Shown piece by piece: positions 40,332-54,800 of a DNA stretch of 64,000 nt (position 1 is its first letter; each line of letters starts with the position of its first letter). A program made the position numbers and the translations under genes. The DNA lies in contig JBHGNT010000012.1 of NCBI GenBank assembly GCA_043228905.1, forward strand, positions 19,964,001-20,028,000. The letters run 5' to 3'. Below the pieces are notes generated by a model that ran no database searches, was not told where the DNA came from, and saw only the letters and a list, made by a program, of their open reading frames with translations. The stretch is from Azolla caroliniana (Eukaryota > Plantae > Polypodiophyta).

Positions 40332-40740
40332 GGTACATATGCAATGTATGTGTGTGCGTGTGTATGTATTTATGTATGTATGTATGTATGTATGTATGTA
40401 TGTGTGTGTGTGTGTGTATGTATGCATTTATGTAATATAGGTATGGTATGTATGTATGTATGTATGCATTTATGTAATATAGGTATGGTATGTATGTATG
40501 TATGTATGCATTTATGTAATATAGGTATGGTATGTATGTATGTATGTATGCATTTATGTAATATAGGTATGGTATGTATGTATGTATGCATTTATGTAAT
40601 ATAGGTATGGTATGTATGTATGTATGTATGTATGTATGTATGTATGTATGTATGTATGTATGTATGTATGTATGTATGTATGTGTGTGTGTGTGTGTATG
40701 CATTTATGTAATATAGGTATGGTATGTGTGTATGTATCTA
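39750..40740. repeat. Compound microsatellite field ((TG)n, (GA)n, (TATG)n) with a 42-bp minisatellite
   Basis: Read directly. The core GCATTTATGTAATATAGGTATGG recurs at about 40424, 40466, 40508, 40550, 40588 and 40700. Confidence 0.95.
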
Positions 40741-41425
40741 GCATACATGAACACACTAGGAGGAATGGAGTTTTTTTTTTTTGTTTTGTTTTTTTTAAAG
40801 ATATCCACTCAAGGAATGGAGTCATTTTGAGTATGTATGTATATGTATATAGAGAGAGCCTCTTTTCTTCTCATCCATTAATGCAATGTATATTTCCACG
40901 CGCACAATACAGCTTCACATTTTCTATAAGCCAATCGTATACATACATACTATCAACTCCCCAATATCCCCTTGTCATGTCTTCTGGTTTGGTTTCTTCT
41001 TTGTGATTCGGTTTATGTATACATACATATTCCCATTTGGGGTGGGGTGGGAGGGGTCTTTGGAGTGCTAGGATGAAAGGAAATACTTGATGCCCTTTTG
41101 TTGTTGTGATGGTCACGACTCGCCTCTATGAAGAACTTTTCACCTAGGATATCCCTTCCCCCCTAGGATCTATTTGTTTACTATGTTTTGCACTTAACAA
41201 AATAAACAAAGAACTAGAGAGAGAGAGCGAGAGAGAGAGGCCCAAAGGCTTGTAGTTCGGTTTGCAAGGTTGTCCCGTTGGAACGAAAAGTCCATGCATT
41301 CAACAACTACATTCTGATGTGGCATCTAGTAAATGAGTGCATAAAGTCGATGATAAATTTGGGTTACCACTAAGGTATACATATCCTTAATACAAGAGAT
41401 AGGCATATCTTTTTTACATCCATAG

Positions 41426-41470
<45 letters not shown>

Positions 41471-44400
41471 TATTATGTGGAATTTATTTTTTCACGGTTT
41501 TAAAATATTTCCGACATCGTCAACCCTTGAATACTCCATAATAGGTATGACATCTTGTGTGGATATGTTAGATCAATGCTCTATTTTTAATGACAATGTA
41601 GTAGAAACTTTAACAACATTTTGATGATATGTATTTGTCGGTTTGCATTACAATGACAATAGTTGGTCACAATACTGGTCTCTTAACGTCCATTCCCTAC
41701 TCCTTCAAACAATTGTGCATTAATGAAATGTGTGTCCAATGATAAAGGGTCTCCTATCGAGGATCGATATAAGAAAATTGGTTTCACAAGTTTAGTCACC
41801 CATATTCCACAACTCTAGGGAGATAAATATGGTAATTTTGCAAAGACCGATTCTTCTAACATAATCCATGGTAAAGTCCCATCCTAATGATAGAGACATG
41901 CACCCTATGTATATAACACACATCAACCTAGTATGGTACATATGCTTAGCTTCTAATTTAATGTCATCTAGTTTGCTCCGTCCTTCCACATTTTTTTTAT
42001 AGTGTTCTCTTTTAATGTATCAAGTGCAAACACATGGATAGAATAATGTGAATGTACCTATCGGTTTCGTAAATAGGTTTCCCACTAGGAGCCTTGTTTC
42101 TTTTCAAATCCATGAAACATAATGAACCATTCAAATCCATAATTTGTTGTTTGAGTTTTAAATCATGGTTCATGCGTCACATGAACCATCCTCTGGGTAA
42201 CGTTGCATTTTCTTCTATTTTTAGTGATATATGATGCTATAGGTAACTTTACATTTTTCTTTTGATCATGGTTGCGTAACTATATCCAATCACATTAACT
42301 ATCTCGTGTTCATGTACATTGCGTACACTTATCTCATAGATTCATGTATGCGAGATACATTAATGTAGTGTACTCACCTATATAGTACTCTCATTATCAC
42401 TTCAAAAAATGTCACTCTCTATTCATTGAGTGCTCCTGCATAGAATAATGTCTTTATCATGAAATTATATACACACATGCACATGCATTTTATTAGCATA
42501 TACATACATACATACATACATGTTATTCGAAGTTCTTTGAACTATTTTCTCACATATGCACGTTATAATTTCACAAAACAAAAATTCTTATGAACATTGA
42601 GGAAAACATTTTAGGCAATATGAATCCACATACACCTCCCAAATTGTTGAGGTAACACAATATTTGTTTGTTGTGTGTATATAGAGACACACATATAGAT
42701 ACATATATTAGAGATTAGTAGCACTATAGATTTAAGAATTTTAAGAATGGATCATGTATAAGTGATATGTATTATTTAGTGTCCTCTTAGAAATACATAT
42801 TGATATATATATAAGCATATGACATTAAACACATAGAACACTTTCAAGCTCCCTCAATTCTTTTTCCTCTTAATGATGAAATATCATAAACATGAAGTGA
42901 CTACCTAGCTAGGCAAAATCTATGTTTCTGGTATCCTATCCGAACGTTGAGTTTATCCTTCAAGAGAAAACATCTCAACATAAGCAAGTGTATGTGAAAA
43001 CTTGGATGTATATGTGCTCAATATTATGTTTAACCATTAAAGGATCTCCTTGAAAAAATCATTACAATTGGGTGAAGTTGATCAATAATCATATGTTACG
43101 AGAATTAAATCTTCAAACAAATGAATGTGGGTTAAATATATTCAAGTTTATTATGGACTAGACACAAAGTTTAAATAAAATATACAAAATTGGGTTGGAA
43201 ATGAAAGAAATAAAACTTCTTTATATGCCTAGTCAAAGCTAAAACTAGCCTATGACAATCAAAATGTGGCATCTAGGTATCCATGACAGAAATCAAATAA
43301 GTGATACAAGTAAAGGATATATAGATATGCAGAGAGACCGGTAAAGATGTTGATGTTATTATCATCTGCATGTGACTTAACACAACCTATGAAAGTATGA
43401 TCACGCAGACACTAAAGTATTTAGGTAGACAAGGTCGATGGTTCCATTGTAAGCAAATAGACCATGTCTTGAAAGATTGACCCAATAAAAGAGGGATCTA
43501 GGCCTCACAAAAGTCTTTTTGACAGAAACTATGCATAAATTGCCATCCTTACATATAATTGGATGGAAACATGTGGTTGTTTCCTTATATTCCCAAATAC
43601 TTCTTGATTGTTGGTATGTATATATTGACAAAAATGGTTTGTCAGAATTGCAAGTGTTGACTCGAGCCCACCATCATTTTAGAAATGTTTGTGATGCATT
43701 ACATTTGCCCAATTCCAAAACCATTAGCAAAAAGTAGGAACATGGAATCACAACTTCCTATGTCATCTTAAGTACAAGTGTTAACATGGAATATTTAGGA
43801 GTTAGGTAACCCCTTATAAAGATCATACAAAAGTTGTCTTCAAGAAGTAATTACTAAATGCTTAGTTGGAGGATCTTTAGACTTCCCCTTGTTACAAGAA
43901 CGTCATTGGAATGCTTTCATAATATCCCAAGATGGGTCTATTCTTTCAAGAAGCTTGGATATGTTTGGTCCAAAAGTCTTGGAGGTATATCTATTGCTAT
44001 TGCCAAAGGTGAGCTTCATTAATTATCCAAAAGCAAATGGTTGTCCCTAGTAGGGATCAATTTATTACTATACAAGAACAAGAATATACATGGGGACTCC
44101 TAAATGTATATGCCCTTAATATTGGCTTAGCTCAGAAACAGTTTTGGTAAGATATCTTTGTAATCAACCATTATAGGATATTGAGTAGTACCACCATATG
44201 CTACATCTAGAAGGCTCACTGTGTATCACATATCACATCGATGTAAATTTCTTTATGCTAATGAATGGATATCTTCGAGTTAAAAAACACAAAACCTATG
44301 AAAATATATCTTCTTTAAGTGGAGTGCATACTTATTCTTACAACACCGATGCACATGTTTCCAATTGAGGAATTAGTCCATTTAGTGATAATATTGGCTG

Positions 44401-45861
44401 GTCGTGAATGCTTTACATTGAATGGCCTTGTTGGATGGTTGTGATTGAGTATTACAAGTTAACAAGTATGGTGTTGGTTGCATCTACAAGACATGCTTTA
44501 ACATCCACAATGAATATGCTGAAGTCAATCGCTCAAGTAGGGGAAGAATTACTTGGTTAAAGACATTCATTAAAGTAAAGAAATTCATCATTCATGCCCT
44601 AAATACCTCTGTTAATCAAGAGCAATAAGTGGGATTTGACATAAACAAACATGTCCATTACATATAAGGGCAACATCATAGTACATAACATTCTTTTTCA
44701 TACGTTTACAAGCGAATGTGTATGTTATGAAAACACACTTATGTTTTTTTAAAGTTTTTTACTTTAAAATTTTTTTTACCTTATAATTAATAATGAATAC
44801 AAAAGTACAGTATTTACCACTTCAAGGGTGTTTACAGCACTCTTACGGTACGTACGGTACATATGGTTCATACTATGAGCAAGGTGACAATGATGATCCA
44901 CCAACTTCATGAAGAGACCAATAACACTACCAGTAAGTTTTATAGCAATCACCCCGATCACGATGACCAACTCAACTTTGCTCCTCAGATCACACATTCA
45001 GAGATTAACATGCTCAACGGAAGTGTGACTGTGTGTGTGGCACTACATGCCATTGGCTTTGTCAATTTCCCGCATTTTATAAAACATGATTACAGATGTA
45101 GATAGCTTGAAACTATCTACACTAAAGAACCAAAAGAAGGATAAGGATCATAATGCATATGTGGACTTCCGTTCATAAATGATTCTTTAGGAAATGTAGC
45201 TGTTTTACAAGCATCTAGTCCATAATTATATTTGTATGGTATGAACCAATGAAATGATTTCATCATTGGTATGAAGAAATACCAGTTACGATATTTGATT
45301 AATGAGATTGAAATTAAAAATAAGTTTTCCAATGACAATAACAGCAAACCGCTGGCTCCAATTCCCACATCATAATAATAGGAGACTGATTTTGATGGTT
45401 TGTGGCAGTTATTATTTCACCAGCAACTCATTATTTGCAAAGAGTCATCAACGGCAGTGTTACACAGGATATGGCCTTGATTCCCATGGATACGGTAAAC
45501 TGCATCACCTCCTTGGAACCACTATATTCTGTAGAAATAAAAACTGTGCATTGCTTTTGACGCTTCCTGAAACCCGTTAGCTGATTCAAGTTTTTCTTTA
45601 ACTGGTAAAACATTGCTCCCATTAGTTCACTTGGAACAACATGTAAACAATCTCTGGTTATCTTGGACTTTCCATTCTAAAGAGGTTGCACATAATCTCT
45701 CTAACGAGTTTCAATATCATGACTTTTGAGCAGGAGCTGCTGTCACAAGAAACAAGGAGACTTTTCATGCAAATTTTGCTGTCCTTGCCCTCAACAAGTT
45801 GTAATTATTCTGCTGCATATATCAATCCAAAGTGTGAAAACCAGGGCATACACCCATTGTT

Positions 45862-48800
45862 TCAAATTAGACTCAACCGCAACAAAAAGTCCGGTACAAA
45901 TCTTTGCATCAGTATACCACAGTAGGGGCAAGTTGCTTCTGAATTTGTAGTCTCTAATATATTGTGAGGTTTGTACAATAGCACCCCAAGAGAAGACTTG
46001 GAAGGCAGACTGAGAAAGGCTCTAGGAATTGGTTTCGAGGCCCAACGTCCACAGCAATTACAGAACCAGCACAAATTTGCTGGGCAAATCTTGAATGTCA
46101 CAGAACATCTTGGAAGCTTGTGATGCTGATCACCCTGGCATTCTCCAGATTCTGATGAAAGAAATGGGATTTCAGACTTACAAACATAGCACAGTTCACT
46201 AGTAGTTTGTCCACTATCATTCCTGTAATAAATATGAAAAACTAAGTGCACAAAAGTAAGATAAAAAAGGACATATATTGACCATTTGGATACTCACAAG
46301 TATTGTGCAAGCATCTGGGTTATGTTCTGTACTTGGAATGTTTTTCTTGCCCATTTCCACATGCATATGAACCCAGCAGAATCAGCGTCAGATCTGTCAT
46401 TATCTTGGCCTTTTTTGTGTTCTTTATATTTGAGCAATTGGGATGTTAATGTAAAGTGGACTAAACGTTCTTTAAGCTCATGCTCCACTTCCAAAAAGCA
46501 CTCTTTCCAACTTCTCTGATGACATTCTGATTGGCCAGCACATTTCAGAGGAACCGATTTTACTGCTCCATCATGCATGCTCTCTGCTATATATAGACGC
46601 TTCAAGAGTACATACATAATGTGTAAGCATCGGCAACTGACTCTTGATAGGCTCTCCTTGAAGTAAGTCGAGCATACAAGAAATGTATTTTCTTCAGAAT
46701 TGTTCTCTACTAATCCCAAACTTGAAAGCCACTTTGAAACAACTAAATTTAAAAATGGAGTCCCAACAATCGATGAAATTTGAATCATACTCGTGATTAC
46801 ATCCCAAAGAACCAATTTGTAAGCTGGATTCTCAAAATGATGGAGAGCAGCTAATATGTTTGCTTCCCAACAAGTTGTGTTGATCTTGCTATTTGCTAAG
46901 TTCCCTGAAACCAGCGGGTTTAGAACTTGACCTCCAACCCAAAAAACCTGTGCCACTGCTTTCATGGCCCTATAATTACAGTACCGTATAAATATAGTTA
47001 GCATTTCAGCTGGAACTTTTGATAATATGGATGACAAAAACAAGGATATTTAAGTTTTTATGAAAGTTGTAACAAATAGAGTATAGCAATAACCAATATA
47101 AGAAACACCACAAATATACAAATATAGGATTTGATAACATGCCTCGATTGATACATCTGATCCAATAATTCACTTGAGACACCTCGTACCTACCAACAAT
47201 AAACATGGATTAGTATTCAAAGGAGACTTAATATCATTGAGTGCATGGAAATATATCTTCACTTACTGTAGTCAAACTGAGGTTTCCTTTCGATATGTCC
47301 AATCCAAAATAACCATCCAATACAGAATTTGGAAGCTGCATCGAGTTTAGTGAGATGAAATAACAGGACAAAGAAAGAGATAGTTAAATTATACTTACCA
47401 CATGTGAATCATCTAGAGGTTCTGGATCACTAGTAACATCCTCCGGGAAAGGTACAGAAATAAGGTCATTTCCAGTAAATCTCCACACCTGTAGGCTGTT
47501 ATCCTTTATCCCAAAAAGGTAATACGAAGGAATTAATTTTCAAGAAATCAAGTCAACACTCAAAGATGTAAAAATTGTTTCCCCGACACTTTACCTGGCT
47601 GCAACTATATAAGCAACCACCTTGAAATGCCCACGCCAATCCTGTTACCTTTTAAATGAATGCATAAAAGAACCAGATAATAATTATGTATTCCCATCAA
47701 TTGATTTATAATTTATTTTAATTGAATATCAATATTTGTTCATTTATAATACATTTATTCTGCATCTGCTGAGTCCTCAATTATAGACACCTGGCAAGCA
47801 CACTTACTAGTTGTGAATGTGCATTAGGTTGACAGGCTTCACTAAACAAACCCTGCTTCCTTTTAATTTCAAACGCAAAAACACCACCAGATGCTTTACC
47901 AACAGCTATCTGCAAATTGTTGGATGCCAAGTCTGGCACTATCAAAGCAACAGCTGTCACAGGTATCAAGTCCTCAAAAACCACCTGCCAAAATACAGAA
48001 GCAAACATAATGCATAAACAATCATTCCATTTATCAGTCTCATGTAGTGAATTGGGAGTTCATTTTACTATCAATGAAAATATTGATGATTAACCTTTCT
48101 TATGAGTGTAAGGGGTACTTTATTTGGCTTTCCATCATGAAAATCATGAAAATCATGACAATCTCCAACCCACAGCTTTACACTACACTTCAAAAACGAC
48201 AAAATTAGTAATCTAAATAGGAAGCTCAGTCAATCAAAGAAAATTCGAAATAAAGGCAATTTGCATAAATTCAGTTTTCTTTTTAGTTTATTGGACAATA
48301 TGAAAATTGTTGGGAACACTGCATATAATGTTGTTCTGACATCCTAGGAAAATGTACAATCAAACCAATGCACACTTGCCATAAAAGAACAATACGTAGT
48401 ATAGCAACCAACTTCTAAAAACATCCTTGCAAGATGTTGTTCTGCCAAAAAGTGAGTTTACATACATGGACATTGGCAAGATAAGACTGCAGTAAAAATT
48501 CATGCAACTCTGAAATAAGAGTTCGTTTTGCAAAACTAAAACAATTACCCCTTTTTATTATCTATCTTAAGCATGGAAATATTAAATTTAAACAAGTCAT
48601 TCTAAGCCTGAAATGATACCTGCCATCACAACTTCCTGTTACCAAGAGGACCTCTTCATCACCAGATAGGGTACTATGGTGATTGTTTTCAGATTTGTAA
48701 CATTTGGCCCATGAGAGAACAGAAACCCATGATTCATGAGCCTCAAATACACCAATCATGCTGACTTCAGGCGCAAAAGTAACTTTCTCAAGACTGTAAT

Positions 48801-51800
48801 CTCTTGGCATAGTAATCCTTAGCAATGAAACTTCACCTGACTTGGACCCCAACGCTATCAACATTGCATTCTCAGCTATACATCCTGAAGTATCACCTCT
48901 GTGGTTTTTTATGCCTAACGTAGGTGAGCATGCAACTACAACAAAGCTCAACATATTGCTATATTTCTTATATAGAGAAGGGGAGATATTAGAAACCACA
49001 GCCTCATTTGTATCCATGTTGCATACTTTCACACTACAGTCTTGAAATCTATTCTGTTGCAAGGAAGAAAGTTTGCTTTCTGTCGAGCACAAAATCTGAC
49101 TGTCAGGGTGTGCTGCAGTCATTGTAAATTGTAAATGTGTATTCTCTGTACTGAGTAAGGCACTTTTCTGAATGGATGCCTGCATAAATAAAAACAATAG
49201 ATAACATGAAGAAAATACAGCAGAACCTTTTGCTTTATATTAGTATATGTTTTCAATCATACCAAAGCTAGGGCATTTGAAACTCCAGCGGGATTGCTTG
49301 ATTCACGGTCAGAGTTGAAATCCTTTCTAACATCAACACTACAATTCAGCTCAACTCTTGGAATGTCAGAATCTGCCTTTAGTTTTGGACCTGCACGTCA
49401 TTAAATCATTTGTAAATTATATTAGACACGAATTCCAAAATCTATAATTATCAATATATCATGAGATTTCCATGATAAAAACATCAACAAAGCATAACAC
49501 CTATATAATAAGTAGCATCATGTAACCACACAAATTAGGCAATGTGTTTACTCTGGTTAGAGCTCATTTGCAACTGTTTTGAATCTTCAAACTAAATATT
49601 TCCATGCTGAGAAAAATTTGCAACTGTTTTGAACCTTAAAAGCATATTATATTTTTTTTGTAAATTAATGTTAACTGATAGTTGGTTTCCATGATGAGAC
49701 CTGGCGTATTCATATTATTCAAACTTTCAAACATAGCCAAACCAAATTAATATGTACTAGGTTTTCATCTGTAGTTTAAGGTATAATGTTTTTAATATAT
49801 GCAGCAATAAATGAAAAGGATTTCATTAGAAAAAACAAGAGGATTGAGAATTTAGGATCACTTACGAGAACTGAGATCACTATCTACTGAATTAGATCCA
49901 CCAGCGAGCCTATAAAGCAGACAGTATATCATATCATACAAAAAAATGCAATTAGCTTAAGCATGTCAAAATACATTCTGGCAGACTACGTGACTTAAAA
50001 AGGAAAGATTCAACCTCAAAAACAATACCAAAGAGCTGAATTAATAATAGCAGTGGTGTTAGACAGAGGTATACTAAGGGGTTCCAAGCTAACTTTGCAC
50101 TTTGCTTTATTTTGATTCAGCTCCAGCTCATGTTACGATCATAACTGACTCCATTTGCTTCACTTCGGATTTAAATTATTTTGGAAATTTCCATTGTTGA
50201 CTCAGAGACAGATGAGAGAAACCTTGAGAATCAATAGGGTTGCTCTAGCATTAATACTCTCTCAAGTTGTGTTGTTTAAAATTGATTTTTGATACTCTTG
50301 TATGCAACATACTAATTATTTCCCTATGCAAGGGCTAGAAGCCCTTGGTGTCCCTATAGATATGCAAAGGGGAATCTATGCACAGTATGAATACATGTCA
50401 GGAAAAGTGAGGTCTCCCAATGGTTCGTCAGATGCTGCGGCTAACACAATTGGAGTAAAACCAGGATGCCCCACAATCACCCACTCCCTTTGGTCTATAT
50501 ATAGATGAGGTATCACATTACACACCTAACAGGTATAGATGTGGATTTCTAAAAAGCCTTTAACCTTGGATCATGCCCTCAACTCATGCAGCGGCTAGAA
50601 GTCTATGGTATCCCCGTAAATATACAATGGGGAATCTATGCACTATGAATCTGTTTCAGGAAAAGTTTGATCTCCCAATGGGATGTCTGAGGCTATGTCT
50701 AGCACAATTAGATTTGCCACCCACTCTCTTTGGTCTCTATATAGATGAGGTATTGCATTACATAGAGAGATTTGGCAGTTCAGGAGCATGCCTACAGGTA
50801 TATCCATTCAAATATTACTAACTATTGTGATGATATCCAACTCTCCAACGGCACTACAAAATAATCTAAAGGCCTTAAAATCATTTTGTGTGAACTAAGG
50901 TTTCTTGTTAAACTTTAATAAAACTAAAGCAATGGTGTTTAACAGCATTTGAGCATGCATAACGAAGCAAAATCCAGAATTCTTCTTGGGAGAGGAAAAG
51001 GTAGCATACACAATCCTACACATACCTAGGAGCAATATTCATAGGGCCTCGGTTTCCCATATGAGAGGTGGCCTGTGATCGACTTTCTCATGGATAGCAA
51101 ACCTTGGTGCTCTTGAAAGAGAATGTGCCCATATAGAATTTGCCAGGCCCCAAACTAAAAAGTGGGTATTTGATATACTTTGTCACACTGACTCTTGCCT
51201 ACAAAGTAGAAGCTGAGAGACCGTATCTTAACAGCGCAAAACACTGCAAAAATTCAGAGTGACCTTTAGTCCCGAGTCTAAGCCAGATGACTCTAGGATT
51301 TCACTTGAGTTCACGGTTGAAATCCCAGCTCCTCCGGAATCTCCTATTTTAGATGAAGATGTCTCACCTTCAAGCCCCCCATCTCCTCCTACTCAACCTC
51401 TAACTTCGCCAACAATTCAAACCTCTCCCTCAACTCCACTCGTTTCCCCTCCCTCTACACACCAACTTCCACCACTTCCCAAGTGGCTTCAAGCTACCAT
51501 TCATGATTCTCCTCTCTCCGATGCTGAACTTCATGAGTATACATCTGGTTCTTCGACCAACATGAAAAGAACATGTAAGTCACAACGGCCTCTTCACTCA
51601 TGCAACTTTGCCTTACTGTGCACTGTTGTGCAAGCACAAGAACCCACAACAGCAAAAGAGTCCCTTGTTCTTCCAAAGTGGAAAGCAGCAACGGAATTTG
51701 AATTTGATTCCATTGAGCGGAATCATACATGGGAGCTGGTCCCACAGCCTCAACATTGACAAGTCATTGGACTGAAATGGATTTTCAAGAACAAGTACCA

Positions 51801-54800
51801 TGCTGATGGTACTTTGGATAAGCACAAGGCACGTTTAATTGCAAAAGGCTACTCACAAGTCGAAGGAGTGGATTACAAGGAAACTTTTGCTCCAACAGCA
51901 AGGTACACCTCTATTTGATGTGTGCTTGCACTTGCTACTCACAACAAATGGCCCATCTTTCAAATGGATGTCAAGTCAGCCTTCCTTAATGGTGACTTGA
52001 AAGAGGAGGTTTATGTTGGAGTCAGCCTTCCTTCCAAGGCAAGCCATTGATCAACTCCTTGGTCGACTCAATGTTGGACTGCCGTTCTGGAGCTGAGAGG
52101 AGGTGTCTTTCATCTTTATTATCTCTGTTCTACATTCTCTCTCTTCCTAGATTCTTCTCTCTCTAGAATTACAACGCTTTAAATGTCTTTTCTCTCTTCC
52201 ACCTTTTCCAAGATATTCCCTCTTATTCCTAGTTTATTGTACCTGTTTGGTAATACTAGAGCCACTTGACTACCAAACAACCATTTCACCCACTTTCCCC
52301 AATTTTGTATAAATAGGCGCTATCAGCCCCTTTTGTAAAGATTTTTATTTTTGTTGTTACTTACAAACAAGTTCTACTCTTTGGTTGTGTCTCTACTCTT
52401 TGCAACCATTTTTTCTACTGCTGTCTAACAACCTTCTCACAGCTTGGTTGTGTCTATTTTGTTCTAACAATTGTTCTGTTGTTGCTATTAACAGCTTTTC
52501 TCACAGAGAATGGTTATGCTAGTGGAATCCTTAGAGAAGAAAGGATATATAGATTATGTCACATAGAGGTAGAGAATGAGTATCACTACGTTGAGATAAG
52601 GGCAAAATACCAAGACATGCTATACTAGGACCCTCTCCCACCCTCTTCCAACTATTAGATACCCCAAATTTAAAGCTACTAGGTAGACATATCTTAGAGC
52701 TAAAACAATATAGAGAGAATACGCTACAAAATGCTAACCATAACCTTTTTAATGTTCACCAACATGTAACCAATGAATTTTTTCAAGTATAGGAGGGGAC
52801 GATGAGCATACACACACCTGCACCACTTAGCCTCTCCCTCGTTGAAGCAAAAAAACCAAAGAAGAATGAAATGCCCTTGGATGGCAGGCCTCAAAGTCAC
52901 TTGTGTAGAACTAATTAAGAAGATAAGGGAACGTGAGTTACACCGCCTAGACACTATGTTCAGGGTACCTTTTACATTGGGACCACAGGCCACACCCACA
53001 TCGAAAACCTTTGACCGCCCACTCCTTTTCAAGAGACTTGGATGGAAATGAAAATAGGCCTAGCACATAGCCATTTCGTTTATAGAATATGTTACACCAT
53101 AGCACCTTTTGTACAATACTTGAACTCTTTTATATATGTTTTTTTTTTTTGATACACATCCCATTTTGTTGTAACAAATCATCTCATGGGCCAAATTTGG
53201 TCTTAGAAGACATTAATATATCTTTCTTTAGTTTCTTTCTCTTCCAAAAAGAAATTAAAGCAAATGCTCCTTGGATAGATGTGGTGAAAAAAAAAAAGGA
53301 ACATTAATGAATAGGAGGAAAATGATGAATGTTATATTAGAAGAAGAAGCCAAGAGGAAAGCTAGTGCGTTGCATGTAGGAGTGGTTGGTTGGGCGGAAA
53401 AAGGAAGCCCACAAGAAGATGCCAAGAATCTCAAAACGAAGATCGGGGCATCAGATGTTCCATTTGCTTCAGCATGGAGGGTGTGAAGAGATGAGTCTAG
53501 AGCTAACACCCTTATTATATGCTTCATGGATATCGACAAGAAAAAAGTTTTCCTATCTAAAAGAAGGGCACTCAAGGGCGAGAAAATATACTTAGATGAC
53601 GATCTCACTCCAGCCCAAGAAGCACACCGCAACGAAAACATGTCACGAGTGGTTGACGCAAGAAAGGAAGGCAAATGGGTTGTATATAGAGATGGTAAGG
53701 TCATTATTACAAAGAAGAGACTTGCATGACAATATATGGCCTATGAGACTATATGGAATTGCAGCGGATCTCTACGAACAGATGTTGGATATTTTGAAGA
53801 TACCTTCAAAAACACAAATATTGCTATGTATACAGAGACCCACCAATGCATGGCTAGCCAACTCCCTCATGTACAAGGATATAGATGGGAGTCAATATGC
53901 CATCCCCAACCTCAGACACCGGGAAGCATTGGAGGTTCAGGAGGAGTGGCTGTGTTATACAAAAAGGAGCTCCATGATAGAGTGCATGTTGTACATAAGG
54001 AGGTAGATGTATGATACATGCGGATACGAATCAAAAGATGGGATCTTAGGGAGCTGTATATTGCAATTTCTACTTTCCTCCTGCCTACTATAGGTTTGCA
54101 CCTCTCGGTGAATCACCATATCTACCATTATATGATGATATCATGAGATTTGTTAGTATGGGGGACATAATACTATTAGGAGACTTTAATGCACGAACCA
54201 AGAATGAACAAACAACAATGTTTGACGCCAACAAGGCTGTTTATGGAGAAGTTATGGCAGAAGCGGTTGGTCTAAAGCGACAAGCTAAAGATATGAGTGC
54301 TATAACTAAATATGGCAAACATTTTCTAGCCTTGGGAAGTGCGCATGGATTTGTGATATATAATGGATTGGCACAATGGCCTAGATCAGATGCTTTAACA
54401 TGTTGGAACCCAAAAAGAGGTGCAAGCACAATCAATTATCTAATGGGATCTCCATCTCTCATAACTAAAAGAAAATAGTTCACTATATCTAGTAGACCTA
54501 TTGGCTTGGCAGCAGATCATGCATATCTACACTTCGAGATAAAGGATGGATGCACAAGGGATGTATATGAATAAGGAGAGTGGGTTGGCTAAGTACCAAT
54601 TTACTCACGAGACAATTGATGCGTATAGTTGTGTGGAGTATACAATGGCATTCTAGATTTGGATCCTTTCGCACCCCTTGATGAACTTACCCAAGGACTG
54701 TCAAAATCATTGCATAAAGCAGCCACAAATGCCTTCCCCCCAAACTTGGTAGAGTAATACAAATTAGTTCGTATGATGCGGAATGTCATGATACAAGGAG

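Noticed and set aside
39734-41006. ORFs rich in H/T/Y/I or V/C/M/Y
   Set aside because: Translations of microsatellites.
41500-44600. Possible ancient L1-like remnants (also about 61400-62250, and gag-like sequence at about 19000-19900)
   Set aside because: Only faint motif resemblance; boundaries and family cannot be supported by eye.
44776-45860. Short ORFs downstream of the TFIIIC-subunit stop codon
   Set aside because: No recognisable domain or coherent exon chain; probably 3' UTR or intergenic.
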